This document shows, piece by piece, positions 36,956-47,336 of a stretch of DNA of 57,195 bases; the stretch's first letter is position 1; the number at the start of each line of letters is the position of its first letter. Under the pieces are notes generated by a model. That model saw nothing but the letters and a program-made list of their open reading frames with translations, searched no databases and had not been told where the DNA came from. The stretch is from a virus, in the IMG/VR virus record IMGVR_UViG_3300045988_171585, positions 1 through 57,195 of that record. The stretch is one strand, 5' to 3'. Made by a program: the position numbers and the translations under genes.

Positions 36956-38749
36956 TTATTCCTCCCCTGTATCAGTTGTTTTTGTATAGTTTACAACAAC
37001 ATATATTTGCCAGTTGCTGATTGCCCAATTTGTTTGTACTAAAAATCGATAATTCTTTCTATCAACAGCAACACTAAGTTCATCGTGATTCGTATTAGTA
37101 TTATATTGAGTAACTGGTAATTGATAAGCTATTTGGTCCCCGTTTAAACTATGAGCAAATGCAAATTTTGTAAAAATCAAATCGACATTTTCAATATAAT
37201 GTTCGAATTGGTTCGTATCCGATGAAGAAATCGTGATGGAATTTTTAAGTACTTTTTGATATAGTGGTTTTCCATCGATCCATGTCCCAATTATTGTTTC
37301 CTCTTCTGAATATAGAAAAGGATTTTTTCCTTGAATACGCAATTCTCCTAATATATCTACAAAGTTCTCGCCCCACCAAAAGATAGGATAACCCCTTGGC
37401 AATTGACCTTGTACAGATGCTTCTGACAATTTATCTTGTACTAATATCATTATATCATATTGTTTTTTATAGTCAAATACCGATTTTATTGTTACCCGAC
37501 TACTAAATGTATTCTCTTTGATGGTTGGGGTAAACGTTCCGCCATCAACCCATTGGTTAGAACTTTTTTCTTTGTATTTCCACGTTACTGTTAATTCGTT
37601 TGGTGTGTTTTGTGAAAAATTGCCATTAAAGTAATCACCTTTATACTCAATGTCGATATCGCCTGTTGTCGGTTCGGTTCTCTTCAAACTAGTGATAGTT
37701 ATTGTTGGTAATATATAGTCTACATAATTGTTAGCAGAGATACCTGTCTCTGTTGTAAACGACCTACTATTAATCGCTTTTATTAAAAACGATTTTCCTT
37801 GTGGATTCTCAACATCAAATATTCTTTGGTTAACATTTGAAATTTGGTTGCCAGCAACATACAAATATGATAATTTTGCATTCTTATCATTTGGTGAAGT
37901 TATCTGAATTGAAGTTGTAATCTGCGGTTTACTCTTATATCTAACTATTGTTTTATTACTTCCCGTTAGAGCAATAGTGCTTTGATTTATATCTTTCACT
38001 GTTCCCGTTATTACAGGAGAACACCTACTTGCATTAGCATTTAATGTTAATGTTGATGTGGATGTTCCTATTAATGTTCCTGAAGAATATGTACGAACCT
38101 TTAATGTACCACTTCCACTCTTACCATCAAATCTATTATAAAAATCGCTTGTTGCATTAAAGTTCCAAGTTCTGACATTAGTAGAGTATATTTGCTCACT
38201 ATCACTTGGGTTTCCTCCAACTGTTAAATATTTTGTATAACCACCGAAACTAAATTGTACACTATGCGAAAAATTGGCATAAGGTGATAACGTGAATGAT
38301 GTAGAACTTTCAACATCACACATAACGTTTGGAGCAGGTGTTGCCCTTGGTATTGTACTTAATGTTACATATCCACCGTAGCTACCACCATAACTAAATG
38401 GTGCAAAATTACCCGAGTAACTAATACTTATATTAGGGGAATATGAACCATCAGAATTATGATAAGCTGTTGTGCTAACACTAGTTAAAAATAACCAATC
38501 TGTACCAATACCTGTTGGATATGTTATCGAACCGGAATAATTACTTCGCCATTCACCATCAACACGTAGCTGTCCGGAATAATTACCACCATTATATCCA
38601 TAATAACTCCTAGTTCTTCTAACATGCAAATTTAATGTGATGGGGGATGAATTACTAGCAATGTCGTAATCACCCTCGTACACATCAAAACATAATTGCC
38701 ATTGTCCTCCAATTTCATTAGAAGTAATTGTACCTCTATAAGTAGCCAT
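36956..38749 (-). CDS. Tail/baseplate structural protein (putative receptor-binding)
   Basis: Position in tail module; size. Confidence 0.5.
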   Translation of the reverse strand: MATYRGTITSNEIGGQWQLCFDVYEGDYDIASNSSPITLNLHVRRTRSYYGYNGGNYSGQLRVDGEWRSNYSGSITYPTGIGTDWLFLTSVSTTAYHNSDGSYSPNISISYSGNFAPFSYGGSYGGYVTLSTIPRATPAPNVMCDVESSTSFTLSPYANFSHSVQFSFGGYTKYLTVGGNPSDSEQIYSTNVRTWNFNATSDFYNRFDGKSGSGTLKVRTYSSGTLIGTSTSTLTLNANASRCSPVITGTVKDINQSTIALTGSNKTIVRYKSKPQITTSIQITSPNDKNAKLSYLYVAGNQISNVNQRIFDVENPQGKSFLIKAINSRSFTTETGISANNYVDYILPTITITSLKRTEPTTGDIDIEYKGDYFNGNFSQNTPNELTVTWKYKEKSSNQWVDGGTFTPTIKENTFSSRVTIKSVFDYKKQYDIMILVQDKLSEASVQGQLPRGYPIFWWGENFVDILGELRIQGKNPFLYSEEETIIGTWIDGKPLYQKVLKNSITISSSDTNQFEHYIENVDLIFTKFAFAHSLNGDQIAYQLPVTQYNTNTNHDELSVAVDRKNYRFLVQTNWAISNWQIYVVVNYTKTTDTGEE

Positions 38750-38751
38750 GT

Positions 38752-40473
38752 CTATTCACTTCCTATCCAAAATACACCTGTTCCATCAATATAATCGGGA
38801 CTTGTGTAATCCTCTATTCTTGAGTGTTGTCCAACATTTAAATATGTTTGTACTCTTATATTCTTTGCGATTACACCGTCCTTGTTTACGGTAAGTAACG
38901 CATCATTCATTCCACCTGTAGCATCGTATATAATCATACCGTTTGCGTTTATATTTGTTTTTGTATCAGCATCGCTTTGTTCAATCGTTAGCCCATTCAA
39001 ATCAAATGTTCCTGCTGCGGTTTTAACCGATGTTACAACAACGCCATTAACACCAACACCACTTACAATTTCTTGTACTTCGGTTCTAGTATAACTATCC
39101 GTTGTTATTGATGATACGCTTTTTTCTAATGATTTTAAACCATCGTCTAAAGCTGTAACACTTTTGTTTATAGTTTTTATTGTACCTTCTTGTTTATCTA
39201 ATATTATTTTAACATCTTTTAAATCTTTAAATAGCTTACGATTATATCCCAATCTTTCTTGTGTTTTAGTGTCAATGGTACTCGTAAATGTACTTCGTAT
39301 ATGACCACTATATTTAATTTCATTATTAAGTGGCAATGTATATTTTTTATTTCCGTCCATATCTTTTATACAAACTATCTTATGCCCTTTAAACCATGGG
39401 TGCCCTATTGTTTCTGTAGTAAGGGGTGTATATTCTAACCCAAATAATATAGAACCCGCACTGATAGCATTTGCTCTTAATATATCTGTATAAGTTATTG
39501 GATTATCAAAAATATCAATTTCATTGATACCATTTAACCTAATCGATTCGTCATCTGTAATCTGGACACCCTCACCCTCTACAGCAGATAAACCAATTAA
39601 CACTTTATTTAGTGGTCCATATGTATTTTTTTGAGATACCAATGAAAAGTATTCGTTATTATCTAAGGTATCTAAATCAGATATATTTTTCGTATCAAAG
39701 TCGATTATAGGTATATAACATTTATCATCCCAGTCAATGTATACCCATGAATAAGCAAGTTTTGCAATTGCCTTCATTACATCTCTACAACTATCACCAG
39801 ACACGAATTGATTACTTGTTATTTTAAAAGTTGCATTCGTAAATGACTTACTTCCAAATGAAACCCCGATTTGTTCACATGTATATTGTGCTAGTTCTAA
39901 TGCTGTAAAACTTCCGCCAGTTTTACAAGTAGCATCGAATGATAATGGGAATGTTTGTGAAACATAATTATAATTAAAGTCTTGATTGAATAAAATTGTT
40001 TTATCCAATGCTTCAAATTTAGTATTATCGGACACATCATCATTCTCTGGCTTTGTAACATAGAATGTTCCTAACGAATACCATGTTTCATTAGATCCAC
40101 TTGTTTCAGTTAAAAACTCGGAACCATCTTCAGTTGTAAGATAATCATTGTTCTCTGCGGTTATGAATGTATTTATTGAACCCATTCTCACAATAGCCAT
40201 TTGAAGTTCTATCATTCTATTCTCAATGTTAAAATCTTCTGATACATCTTGTAAATTACCGGAAAGGGTTCTAGCTACAAACTGACCTATAAATCCTTCA
40301 TCAGGGACTATTCTGTCATCATCGTATGTCCAATCTTTAACCGAATTTTCTTCAGTCAATATTATTGATTTTTCATGTTCCCCATCTGGCAAAACAATTA
40401 ATTTAGTTTTAATCGCACATGTGTTGTTTTTTAAAGCTTGTTTATCTATATCTAACATTTCAGTGTATATCAT
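38752..40473 (-). CDS. Tail-associated structural protein (Tal-like)
   Basis: Large protein immediately downstream of TMP/Dit position. Confidence 0.5.
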   Translation of the reverse strand: MIYTEMLDIDKQALKNNTCAIKTKLIVLPDGEHEKSIILTEENSVKDWTYDDDRIVPDEGFIGQFVARTLSGNLQDVSEDFNIENRMIELQMAIVRMGSINTFITAENNDYLTTEDGSEFLTETSGSNETWYSLGTFYVTKPENDDVSDNTKFEALDKTILFNQDFNYNYVSQTFPLSFDATCKTGGSFTALELAQYTCEQIGVSFGSKSFTNATFKITSNQFVSGDSCRDVMKAIAKLAYSWVYIDWDDKCYIPIIDFDTKNISDLDTLDNNEYFSLVSQKNTYGPLNKVLIGLSAVEGEGVQITDDESIRLNGINEIDIFDNPITYTDILRANAISAGSILFGLEYTPLTTETIGHPWFKGHKIVCIKDMDGNKKYTLPLNNEIKYSGHIRSTFTSTIDTKTQERLGYNRKLFKDLKDVKIILDKQEGTIKTINKSVTALDDGLKSLEKSVSSITTDSYTRTEVQEIVSGVGVNGVVVTSVKTAAGTFDLNGLTIEQSDADTKTNINANGMIIYDATGGMNDALLTVNKDGVIAKNIRVQTYLNVGQHSRIEDYTSPDYIDGTGVFWIGSE

Positions 40474-40484
40474 TTAATCACCGC

Positions 40485-40892
40485 CTAATGTCCTATTAAT
40501 TGAAAATCATCCATTACAACCATTCTTCTACCTTCATAATTAACATTTTTATATTGTAAATCATTATGGTAAAAAGTGTCTGTTATGTAAGAATTAGTAC
40601 TTTCATCCCATACTTCTACTGATAGATACATTCCAACACCTGATTGATCACCCAGTAATGCTTCCCAATATGTTCTAAACTGACTAGGTGTCATAGCTGG
40701 AAACCCCATCCATATTTTTGCTCTAGTGTGTGGAAGAACTTTTATATTAAGTCTTCCACTTGCTAGAACACCAGCGTCAGTTACTTGAACAAGTTTAGGA
40801 GCAAACTTGAAAACTTCTCTTTTAATTGATGGGCTTTGAAATGTGCATCCATTTATCTTTACATAATAACCTTTAAAATTATCTTGTTCCAT
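40485..40892 (-). CDS. Distal tail protein-like
   Basis: Immediately downstream of the tape measure gene. Confidence 0.4.
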   Translation of the reverse strand: MEQDNFKGYYVKINGCTFQSPSIKREVFKFAPKLVQVTDAGVLASGRLNIKVLPHTRAKIWMGFPAMTPSQFRTYWEALLGDQSGVGMYLSVEVWDESTNSYITDTFYHNDLQYKNVNYEGRRMVVMDDFQLIGH

Positions 40893-40902
40893 AGTCTACC
40901 TC

Positions 40903-43881
40903 CTAAACATTTATTGTTCCGTATTTGTTATTTTGAAGTTTGTTATATGCTTGTTGTTTTTTATATAAAGTTTCATTTCCAACATTTACAATATTTGTCA
41001 TTTCCATGTTTTCCATTAAATAGATTAGCGTATCTAATCGTTTATTAGTTTCTTCCGATCCATTATTTCCTATCGCCGGATTATATTTTTTAGGAACAAC
41101 AGCTTCACCCGGGTGTAAATGATATATGCCTTCTTTAGGAATTTCATTTGTGCCTGTTGATAATCTAGGTATTGATATAGTTCCCAATAGTCCTAAATTA
41201 AACCCTAATTTTTTTCCACCTACACCAGGTACCCAACTTGGAACACTGAATGATATTTTATTAATCTGTTTTATTAACCAATTCAAACCACCAATAATAG
41301 CATTAACAAATCCTTCTGCTAAGTTTATAACAAAATTTATAGAACTTTTCCAAACATCTTTAAATTTTTTTGCTACTGTTTGAATAGTGTCACCAATACT
41401 TTGAAATGCACCTTTAATATCCCCTTGGAATATTTTAACTATAAAATTAACGATACCACGTGCTACAGATAAAAATAAATCTAATTCTTTTAAGAGAAAT
41501 GTAAGTAACGGTCTCAATATTGTATCCCAAGCCCATAATAGAACTTTAAAAATAGTATTTAAAATAGGTTTGACATACTCCAATACATCTTTGACTATTT
41601 TTGTCAACTCCGTTAATATGCTTTGGACAATTTCTCCACCTTCACTATTCCACCAATCTGATACACGTTTGAATATTTTATCTAAGAAATCAAATATATC
41701 ACCAATAATATCCGAAACAAGTTGTATGACACTTTGAAATTCATCACTAATTATCCATTGCGTTAAGTAGTCTCCAATATCACCAACTAAACCAATTATT
41801 GTATCAAATATACCTTCGATACCAGCGAGTGTTTTTCCAGCTCCTGTACCCTCGCCTAAAGTTTCCATTATTGTTGTTCCAATTAGAACAATATTATTAA
41901 CTAAATCATTTATAGTATCGGATAGTGTAGAAAAAATTGTAGTACCAAATAAGTTATCAAAAAATGAACCTAAACCAGATACGGTTGTTTCAAATATATT
42001 AATAATCTCATTAAATATGCTTACCCAATCTATACTTAGTATCGCATCATGGATATACGATCCTAGTTGTCCCCATTCAATGCTATCTAAAATACCATAT
42101 ATTGAATCTAGTAATCCTAACGATATTTGAGAAAATGTGTTTGCCAACATTGATGGGTCTATATTAAATAACATTTCTTGAAGACCTTTTATTAAATTTA
42201 TTACGATGTCACCAAATTGAGTTATAATTTTTTGGAAATCGATAGCTTGCAATGATTCGTTAATTCTAGTTCCGATTTGTCCAAAATCAACTTGTGTTAT
42301 CAAAGAATTTAAAAATGTTGGTACAACCAATAATGACATCTCAATTGTTTTTGCTAAATCTTCGGCATTGATATTTTCAAACCATCCATTTATAACGTCC
42401 CCAATATTTGTTGCCATTTTAGTTATTTTTCCAAAAATCAAATCAGCATTTTCAATTAATCTGGCGTTGATATCATTTGCAAGATTGGCAAATTCTTTTC
42501 CAACACCTTTCCATTGACCAGTGTCGAAAGCTTCTTTAAATGCTTCTTTAATTCTGATAACAGCATCTACTAACCATTGTATAGGTGTTAAATCTATTTT
42601 GTCCATATCTATCAAGTCAGGTCCATCACCAGATGATTTTGGAAATTCAACAACATTTAAATCATCAAATTTTTGAAGATTTCCCAAAGCGTCTTTTGCT
42701 GATTTACTCCAACCTGCCATTGCTTTTGCATTCGCTCTTGCTATTAAATCAATACCTGTTATAGCATATACGAAGGAATATATAACTCTTACAAATTGTT
42801 TAAATAATCCCATGACATATTCTATCGCTGGAGCAAGCTGAGCACCAAGTGCTCGCCATATATTTGTACTAAATTTCGATAACTCTTGATCTAAAGCGAG
42901 ATATTCACTAACAGCTTTTCGAGTTAATGTAAATATGGTACGAGTACCAATCAATGCTAAAGTTAATTGTTTCGCTTTACTAGCTGCTTTTTTAAAAGAA
43001 CGAACAGCATGTCCACCTATTGAAGTAAGTGCTCCTTTGCCAACATTGAGCATACTTTTTCCAATATCGATTAAATTCTTTTTAAGTTTATTTAACGTGC
43101 TTATTGTATTTTGTGATTTTTCACGAACCTTGGTTATACCTATGCCGTATTTGTTAGCCATCTCAGAAAGACTACCAGCACCGGCAGATATATCTCTGAA
43201 CTTGTCAGCCACGGGTGTTAATGCACTAGCAAGTTGGGTACTTACTCTAGCAACATTTTCTAGCGTTGACGAATCAAATTTTTGCATAGCTTCCGGTATT
43301 CGTTCTAGGTTATTCACAACACTTGATAAACCTTTACCAACACTTATACTTTGCAACGATGATAATGGTGCCACCATACTAGGAAGCGTTTTTAAATCAT
43401 TTGAGACCTTCTCTAATTGTGGCGATATTTCAATTAATCGTTCTAAATTTTTTGTAATACTATTTATGCTGTTTGATCGTGGTATGTTTCCAAGCGTTGT
43501 TAAATTTTCACTTATTTTTGGTATACCACTTAATTTAGCATCTGTATCACCTAAGTTATCAGAAGCTATTTTTAAATCGTTTAATCCCTTAACAATTGCT
43601 TTGAATCCTGTTGGTGTTGGAATATTGCTAAGTTCTTGTAAAGTTAGTGTTACATTTTCCAATTTTGATATATTTGTACTAATATCACTCATTTGTTTGC
43701 TACTTGTAGCAAGTTCATTTAATGATGATGCTAATTTATTTAGACCATTGAATCCGCCTTTAATGGCTCCTCTCAATGCTGTTAACGATGTTGTTAATCT
43801 ATCTATATCTTGACTAGCTTGGGATGATGATGATTGTATTTCAATTGAGACTTTGTCTAATGTGACTCCTTGAGTCGCCAT
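40903..43881 (-). CDS. Tail tape measure protein
   Basis: 992 aa, highly helical/repetitive, position between chaperones and distal tail genes. Confidence 0.8.
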   Translation of the reverse strand: MATQGVTLDKVSIEIQSSSSQASQDIDRLTTSLTALRGAIKGGFNGLNKLASSLNELATSSKQMSDISTNISKLENVTLTLQELSNIPTPTGFKAIVKGLNDLKIASDNLGDTDAKLSGIPKISENLTTLGNIPRSNSINSITKNLERLIEISPQLEKVSNDLKTLPSMVAPLSSLQSISVGKGLSSVVNNLERIPEAMQKFDSSTLENVARVSTQLASALTPVADKFRDISAGAGSLSEMANKYGIGITKVREKSQNTISTLNKLKKNLIDIGKSMLNVGKGALTSIGGHAVRSFKKAASKAKQLTLALIGTRTIFTLTRKAVSEYLALDQELSKFSTNIWRALGAQLAPAIEYVMGLFKQFVRVIYSFVYAITGIDLIARANAKAMAGWSKSAKDALGNLQKFDDLNVVEFPKSSGDGPDLIDMDKIDLTPIQWLVDAVIRIKEAFKEAFDTGQWKGVGKEFANLANDINARLIENADLIFGKITKMATNIGDVINGWFENINAEDLAKTIEMSLLVVPTFLNSLITQVDFGQIGTRINESLQAIDFQKIITQFGDIVINLIKGLQEMLFNIDPSMLANTFSQISLGLLDSIYGILDSIEWGQLGSYIHDAILSIDWVSIFNEIINIFETTVSGLGSFFDNLFGTTIFSTLSDTINDLVNNIVLIGTTIMETLGEGTGAGKTLAGIEGIFDTIIGLVGDIGDYLTQWIISDEFQSVIQLVSDIIGDIFDFLDKIFKRVSDWWNSEGGEIVQSILTELTKIVKDVLEYVKPILNTIFKVLLWAWDTILRPLLTFLLKELDLFLSVARGIVNFIVKIFQGDIKGAFQSIGDTIQTVAKKFKDVWKSSINFVINLAEGFVNAIIGGLNWLIKQINKISFSVPSWVPGVGGKKLGFNLGLLGTISIPRLSTGTNEIPKEGIYHLHPGEAVVPKKYNPAIGNNGSEETNKRLDTLIYLMENMEMTNIVNVGNETLYKKQQAYNKLQNNKYGTINV

Positions 43882-43935
43882 AATCTCACCACCTTTATTC
43901 TTTCTATTAAAGAAATTATGTGCACCTTAATTTCT

Positions 43936-44397
43936 TTAGTTTTGTTTATTTTCAAACATTTTTTTCGTAGCCCTAAACCAGTTGTTAAATTGAATCTGTG
44001 CTTTTAATGTTTCAGCTTCAACTCGTTGTTCTTCCTCTTGTTGTTTTTGTTTTTCGGTTTTTATATCTTCCAGTAGTTTATCATAAAGGAATGGTTGTTC
44101 AGCATACGGTAGAGGCTTTGTACCTTTTTTAGAAAAAGGATGTAGTATAGGTGCTAATTTACCAATAGCATCGTATACATACATCCCCATTAGCCAATTG
44201 TTTTCATCTTGTTCTCTTAATTTCATTTTATGAGACTTTCTATAAAACATGACCATATAAGCGTCTCCATGCCAAAATTCATTATAACTCATACCATAAC
44301 TCATATAGATGGGACACAATTCCTCAAAGGTTTCGGTTAGAGAAGTATGCTCTACTTTTGAGTTGTCTTCTTCGGAGACAAGTCCACTACTTCCCAT
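43936..44397 (-). CDS. Tail assembly chaperone T-segment (frameshift product)
   Basis: Overlaps 44352-44708 in the -1 frame; classic G/GT arrangement between major tail and TMP. Confidence 0.55.
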   Translation of the reverse strand: MGSSGLVSEEDNSKVEHTSLTETFEELCPIYMSYGMSYNEFWHGDAYMVMFYRKSHKMKLREQDENNWLMGMYVYDAIGKLAPILHPFSKKGTKPLPYAEQPFLYDKLLEDIKTEKQKQQEEEQRVEAETLKAQIQFNNWFRATKKMFENKQN

Positions 44398-44708
44398 TCT
44401 GCGTTTCCCTCGTCACCTTCCGGTTCTTCAAAGAACGCTTCATAAGTTTCTTCTATCATAGTGACAAGTGCTGTTACCAGCTTGTCTTTATCCTTACATT
44501 GACTATAAATTTCCTCGGTCAATTCTGGTTTTATTTTTCTATGATTTTTAATAAATGCTCCTTGGAAAGCCATTTCAATATTTGAAAGAGGCTTTTCCAA
44601 AAATTCATTTACAGAAAATCCATTTTGTTCTAATAATTTGATAGACATTCTATCATATTCTAAGGTGTATGGAACACCTTTATATGTTAAATTAATTTTA
44701 GTATTCAT
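44352..44708 (-). CDS. Tail assembly chaperone G
   Basis: Position and size. Confidence 0.6.
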   Translation of the reverse strand: MNTKINLTYKGVPYTLEYDRMSIKLLEQNGFSVNEFLEKPLSNIEMAFQGAFIKNHRKIKPELTEEIYSQCKDKDKLVTALVTMIEETYEAFFEEPEGDEGNAEWEVVDLSPKKTTQK

Positions 44709-44724
44709 CTTTTATTGTCCTTTC

Positions 44725-45201
44725 TTATTCACCTGTTGGTTTAGCAGCTTTTTCTGGAGCACCAACTGGAGTTATGTAGTTAGTTATTTCTAGTACAGAA
44801 TTTACTGAAGTTTCAGGTAATCCCATTGCACTAGGGTTTCCTGGAAAATAGAACGCATCAGTAAGTCCAGGTACAACAATAGCAAACCAAGTTTTCTTTC
44901 CATCTGCTTTACCAGCTTCATAAGCAGTCATTAAAGCATCCCATTTGGTAACTAAATCTTGAGTTAGGTTAAATGTGAACTCTAAGGCACCACCTAAATC
45001 TTTAAGACCGTCTACATAAGTTTTGTACTCAAGCTCATCTAAAGTGGTAGTTTCTAGTGTATCTGGAGCAGGGTTTAGACTTGGTGTAGATTTAATTCCG
45101 TATATTCTAGTATAACCAGTTGTTGGTCTAGTACCAGCAGTTGTTTCAACACAGTAGTGTAATTGTACGCCAATTGTTGATAAGTCTATTCTTGTGTTCA
45201 T
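44725..45201 (-). CDS. Major tail (tube) protein
   Basis: 158 aa, position, Thr/Gly-rich beta protein. Confidence 0.65.
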   Translation of the reverse strand: MNTRIDLSTIGVQLHYCVETTAGTRPTTGYTRIYGIKSTPSLNPAPDTLETTTLDELEYKTYVDGLKDLGGALEFTFNLTQDLVTKWDALMTAYEAGKADGKKTWFAIVVPGLTDAFYFPGNPSAMGLPETSVNSVLEITNYITPVGAPEKAAKPTGE

Positions 45202-45202
45202 T

Positions 45203-45634
45203 TTAATACCTCCTATATATAGTATTCGTATCTCTCTCTATGCAACAATCATATCTGAGATAACCAATCATTACATTATCATCAGATTGTTTAGGTACTG
45301 TTACAGGAGAGCCTATTCTTCTAAGGCACCTATATTTAGGTCCTTTTAAATAGTTATCTATTATTCCTGCTATCTCTCTGACATTTTGTTTAGCAGTTTT
45401 AGTACGAGATTGTTCACATTGTATTGTAAACTGATATGAAAGGTCTGTGACTCTTTCTGTCTCGTCAAAATATTTAGCATTATCGCTATTTTCTATTTCT
45501 TCGATGGTGATACCTGGGTAACTAAGAGTAGGATATAACTCGTAAATGTCTTTAATAACAATATTCGAATATTCAGAATGTTTTGTAAATTCTTCTCTTA
45601 AATCATTAATTAATTGATCAATCAATGTTATCAC
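45203..45634 (-). CDS. Tail completion/neck protein
   Basis: Position. Confidence 0.45.
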   Translation of the reverse strand: MITLIDQLINDLREEFTKHSEYSNIVIKDIYELYPTLSYPGITIEEIENSDNAKYFDETERVTDLSYQFTIQCEQSRTKTAKQNVREIAGIIDNYLKGPKYRCLRRIGSPVTVPKQSDDNVMIGYLRYDCCIERDTNTIYRRY

Positions 45635-45646
45635 ATTATCACCTCT

Positions 45647-46192
45647 TTATTTTACAAATTTTATAGCGTCTTTTATTTTATTTTTTAATACATCATCTTT
45701 AATATCGTGTATATATAAAGATGTGTTGAACATTTGTTTTCCGCTAGGAACACCCTTTGTGTAACCACTTTTACTATCGAAATAAGGTTTTCCTTTCATT
45801 GGTCCATAAAACCAATAATGCTCTCCATTCGAATTAATATGTGAGCTAACAATGGGTCCACTGTTATAATCATTTAAACCAAAATTTCCTTTTAATGGAT
45901 GTGGATCTGAAGCACCTTCTTCACCAATACCAAACTCATCATAAATCGCATTTCTGCCAACGAGTGAAATTTCTCCAAAAGCACCCGTGTCAGTATTATC
46001 AAAATCGCCAATGATTTGACTTTTTTCAACACCTGTTTGAGGGGCAATATTGTTTAAATCGTTTGCTCGTTGAGAACCTTTTTCTATTAGTTCTGAAACA
46101 CTTTCTTGACCAGCAATAATAAGGTTGTCTTTAAGTGTTTCCATTTTTCCAATAGCAAGTCTTATTCCTTCTTGTGTAAAAGGTATTTTCAT
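45647..46192 (-). CDS. Neck/tail terminator-like protein
   Basis: Position. Confidence 0.4.
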   Translation of the reverse strand: MKIPFTQEGIRLAIGKMETLKDNLIIAGQESVSELIEKGSQRANDLNNIAPQTGVEKSQIIGDFDNTDTGAFGEISLVGRNAIYDEFGIGEEGASDPHPLKGNFGLNDYNSGPIVSSHINSNGEHYWFYGPMKGKPYFDSKSGYTKGVPSGKQMFNTSLYIHDIKDDVLKNKIKDAIKFVK

Positions 46193-46542
46193 TATTGCTT
46201 TGCACTCAATTTCTTTAATGTAACTTCAATACTATTAAGCGATATGATTGGCTCATTATCTACTTGATAATCCGCTTCTTTACATAATTCATCATATTTT
46301 TTAATAGATGTATTTATGAACACTCTATCACCAGTGTGGAACATATCTTTATATTCTAGGTCCGCTTTAATTCTAGCATACATAGGATATTCCATACCCA
46401 ATGCTATCAAATCACTATCGCTATTAGTAGACTGATAGTTTATCTCAATTGGTGTTGGTTTTGCAAAAAGTCTTATACCGTTTTCTTCATATTGTGTACA
46501 TAGATAAATATTTCGTTTGTTTCTTTGTAAGCAACGCATCAT
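46192..46542 (-). CDS. Head-tail joining protein
   Basis: Position. Confidence 0.45.
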   Translation of the reverse strand: MMRCLQRNKRNIYLCTQYEENGIRLFAKPTPIEINYQSTNSDSDLIALGMEYPMYARIKADLEYKDMFHTGDRVFINTSIKKYDELCKEADYQVDNEPIISLNSIEVTLKKLSAKQ

Positions 46543-46549
46543 ATCACCT

Positions 46550-46879
46550 CTATTTTATAAGTGGAATAATTTGTGATGTGTATTTTTTAGGATAATCACC
46601 ATCGGAACCATATGTTCTTACTATTCCGTTTTCTGTATGAGCAACTTGTCCTTCAGCTCCTATTTTAGCAATTGAACTTCTAACCATAGGAATTATAAGA
46701 TATTCATATTTGCTATCATACAATACTTTGTCTGTTGGTGTAAAATTTCTACAACGATTTATTTCTCCTATAGCAAGTTTTATCTCAGATAGTAAAAATT
46801 CGTCAGAGTATCTTTCAAACTTTCTTGCCTCTAAATCTACCACAAGTTGGTTAAGTAGAGAACTCATTGTATCATTCAT
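46550..46879 (-). CDS. gp6-like head-tail connector
   Basis: Size and position; N-terminal helical segment. Confidence 0.5.
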   Translation of the reverse strand: MNDTMSSLLNQLVVDLEARKFERYSDEFLLSEIKLAIGEINRCRNFTPTDKVLYDSKYEYLIIPMVRSSIAKIGAEGQVAHTENGIVRTYGSDGDYPKKYTSQIIPLIK

Positions 46880-46883
46880 ATTA

Positions 46884-47192
46884 TCACCACCTGTTTTTCT
46901 TAGATACGGCAGAAGAAGTTTTTGCTTCTGACGATTTCTTAAGTTGTTTTTTTAGGTTATCTTTTTCATCTCTGAAAACTATTTCCTTTATTTTTATATC
47001 GGAGTTTACTTCAATCTTATTGCCAATTGGTACTAGATTTAAGTCTTCCCCTTTTAATTCTAATTTGATTTCACTATATGTTAAAGGAGATATCTTGACA
47101 TAATATTTTCCATTTATTAAATAAATCATATTATTCCTCCTTTTTATTCTTCTTTTGTGAACCAACCTTTTCGTCTTTACTCTCTTTATCAA
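46884..47192 (-). CDS. hypothetical basic protein
   Basis: ORF. Confidence 0.45.
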   Translation of the reverse strand: MIKRVKTKRLVHKRRIKRRNNMIYLINGKYYVKISPLTYSEIKLELKGEDLNLVPIGNKIEVNSDIKIKEIVFRDEKDNLKKQLKKSSEAKTSSAVSKKNRW

Positions 47193-47334
47193 TCGTTTCT
47201 ATTTTTGGAATCTCTTTAGTAACTTCTTTTGCTGTAGCATCTTTAATAATTTTGTAACCAAGGGGTTCGAAAAAATTTTCAAACGCACCTTTAGTTACTT
47301 TTTTCATATCGTTATCTTTATGTATTAATATCAT
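47131..47334 (-). CDS. hypothetical protein
   Basis: ORF. Confidence 0.35.
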   Translation of the reverse strand: MILIHKDNDMKKVTKGAFENFFEPLGYKIIKDATAKEVTKEIPKIETIDKESKDEKVGSQKKNKKEE

Positions 47335-47336
47335 AA

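Noticed and set aside
42935-43813. 292-aa plus-strand ORF inside the tape measure gene, and similar antisense ORFs (49571-50158 in the portal gene, 35078-35320, 38882-39094, 41126-41383, 23465-23998, 26532-26817)
   Set aside because: Shadow ORFs on the opposite strand of well-supported long genes; low-complexity products and no RBS
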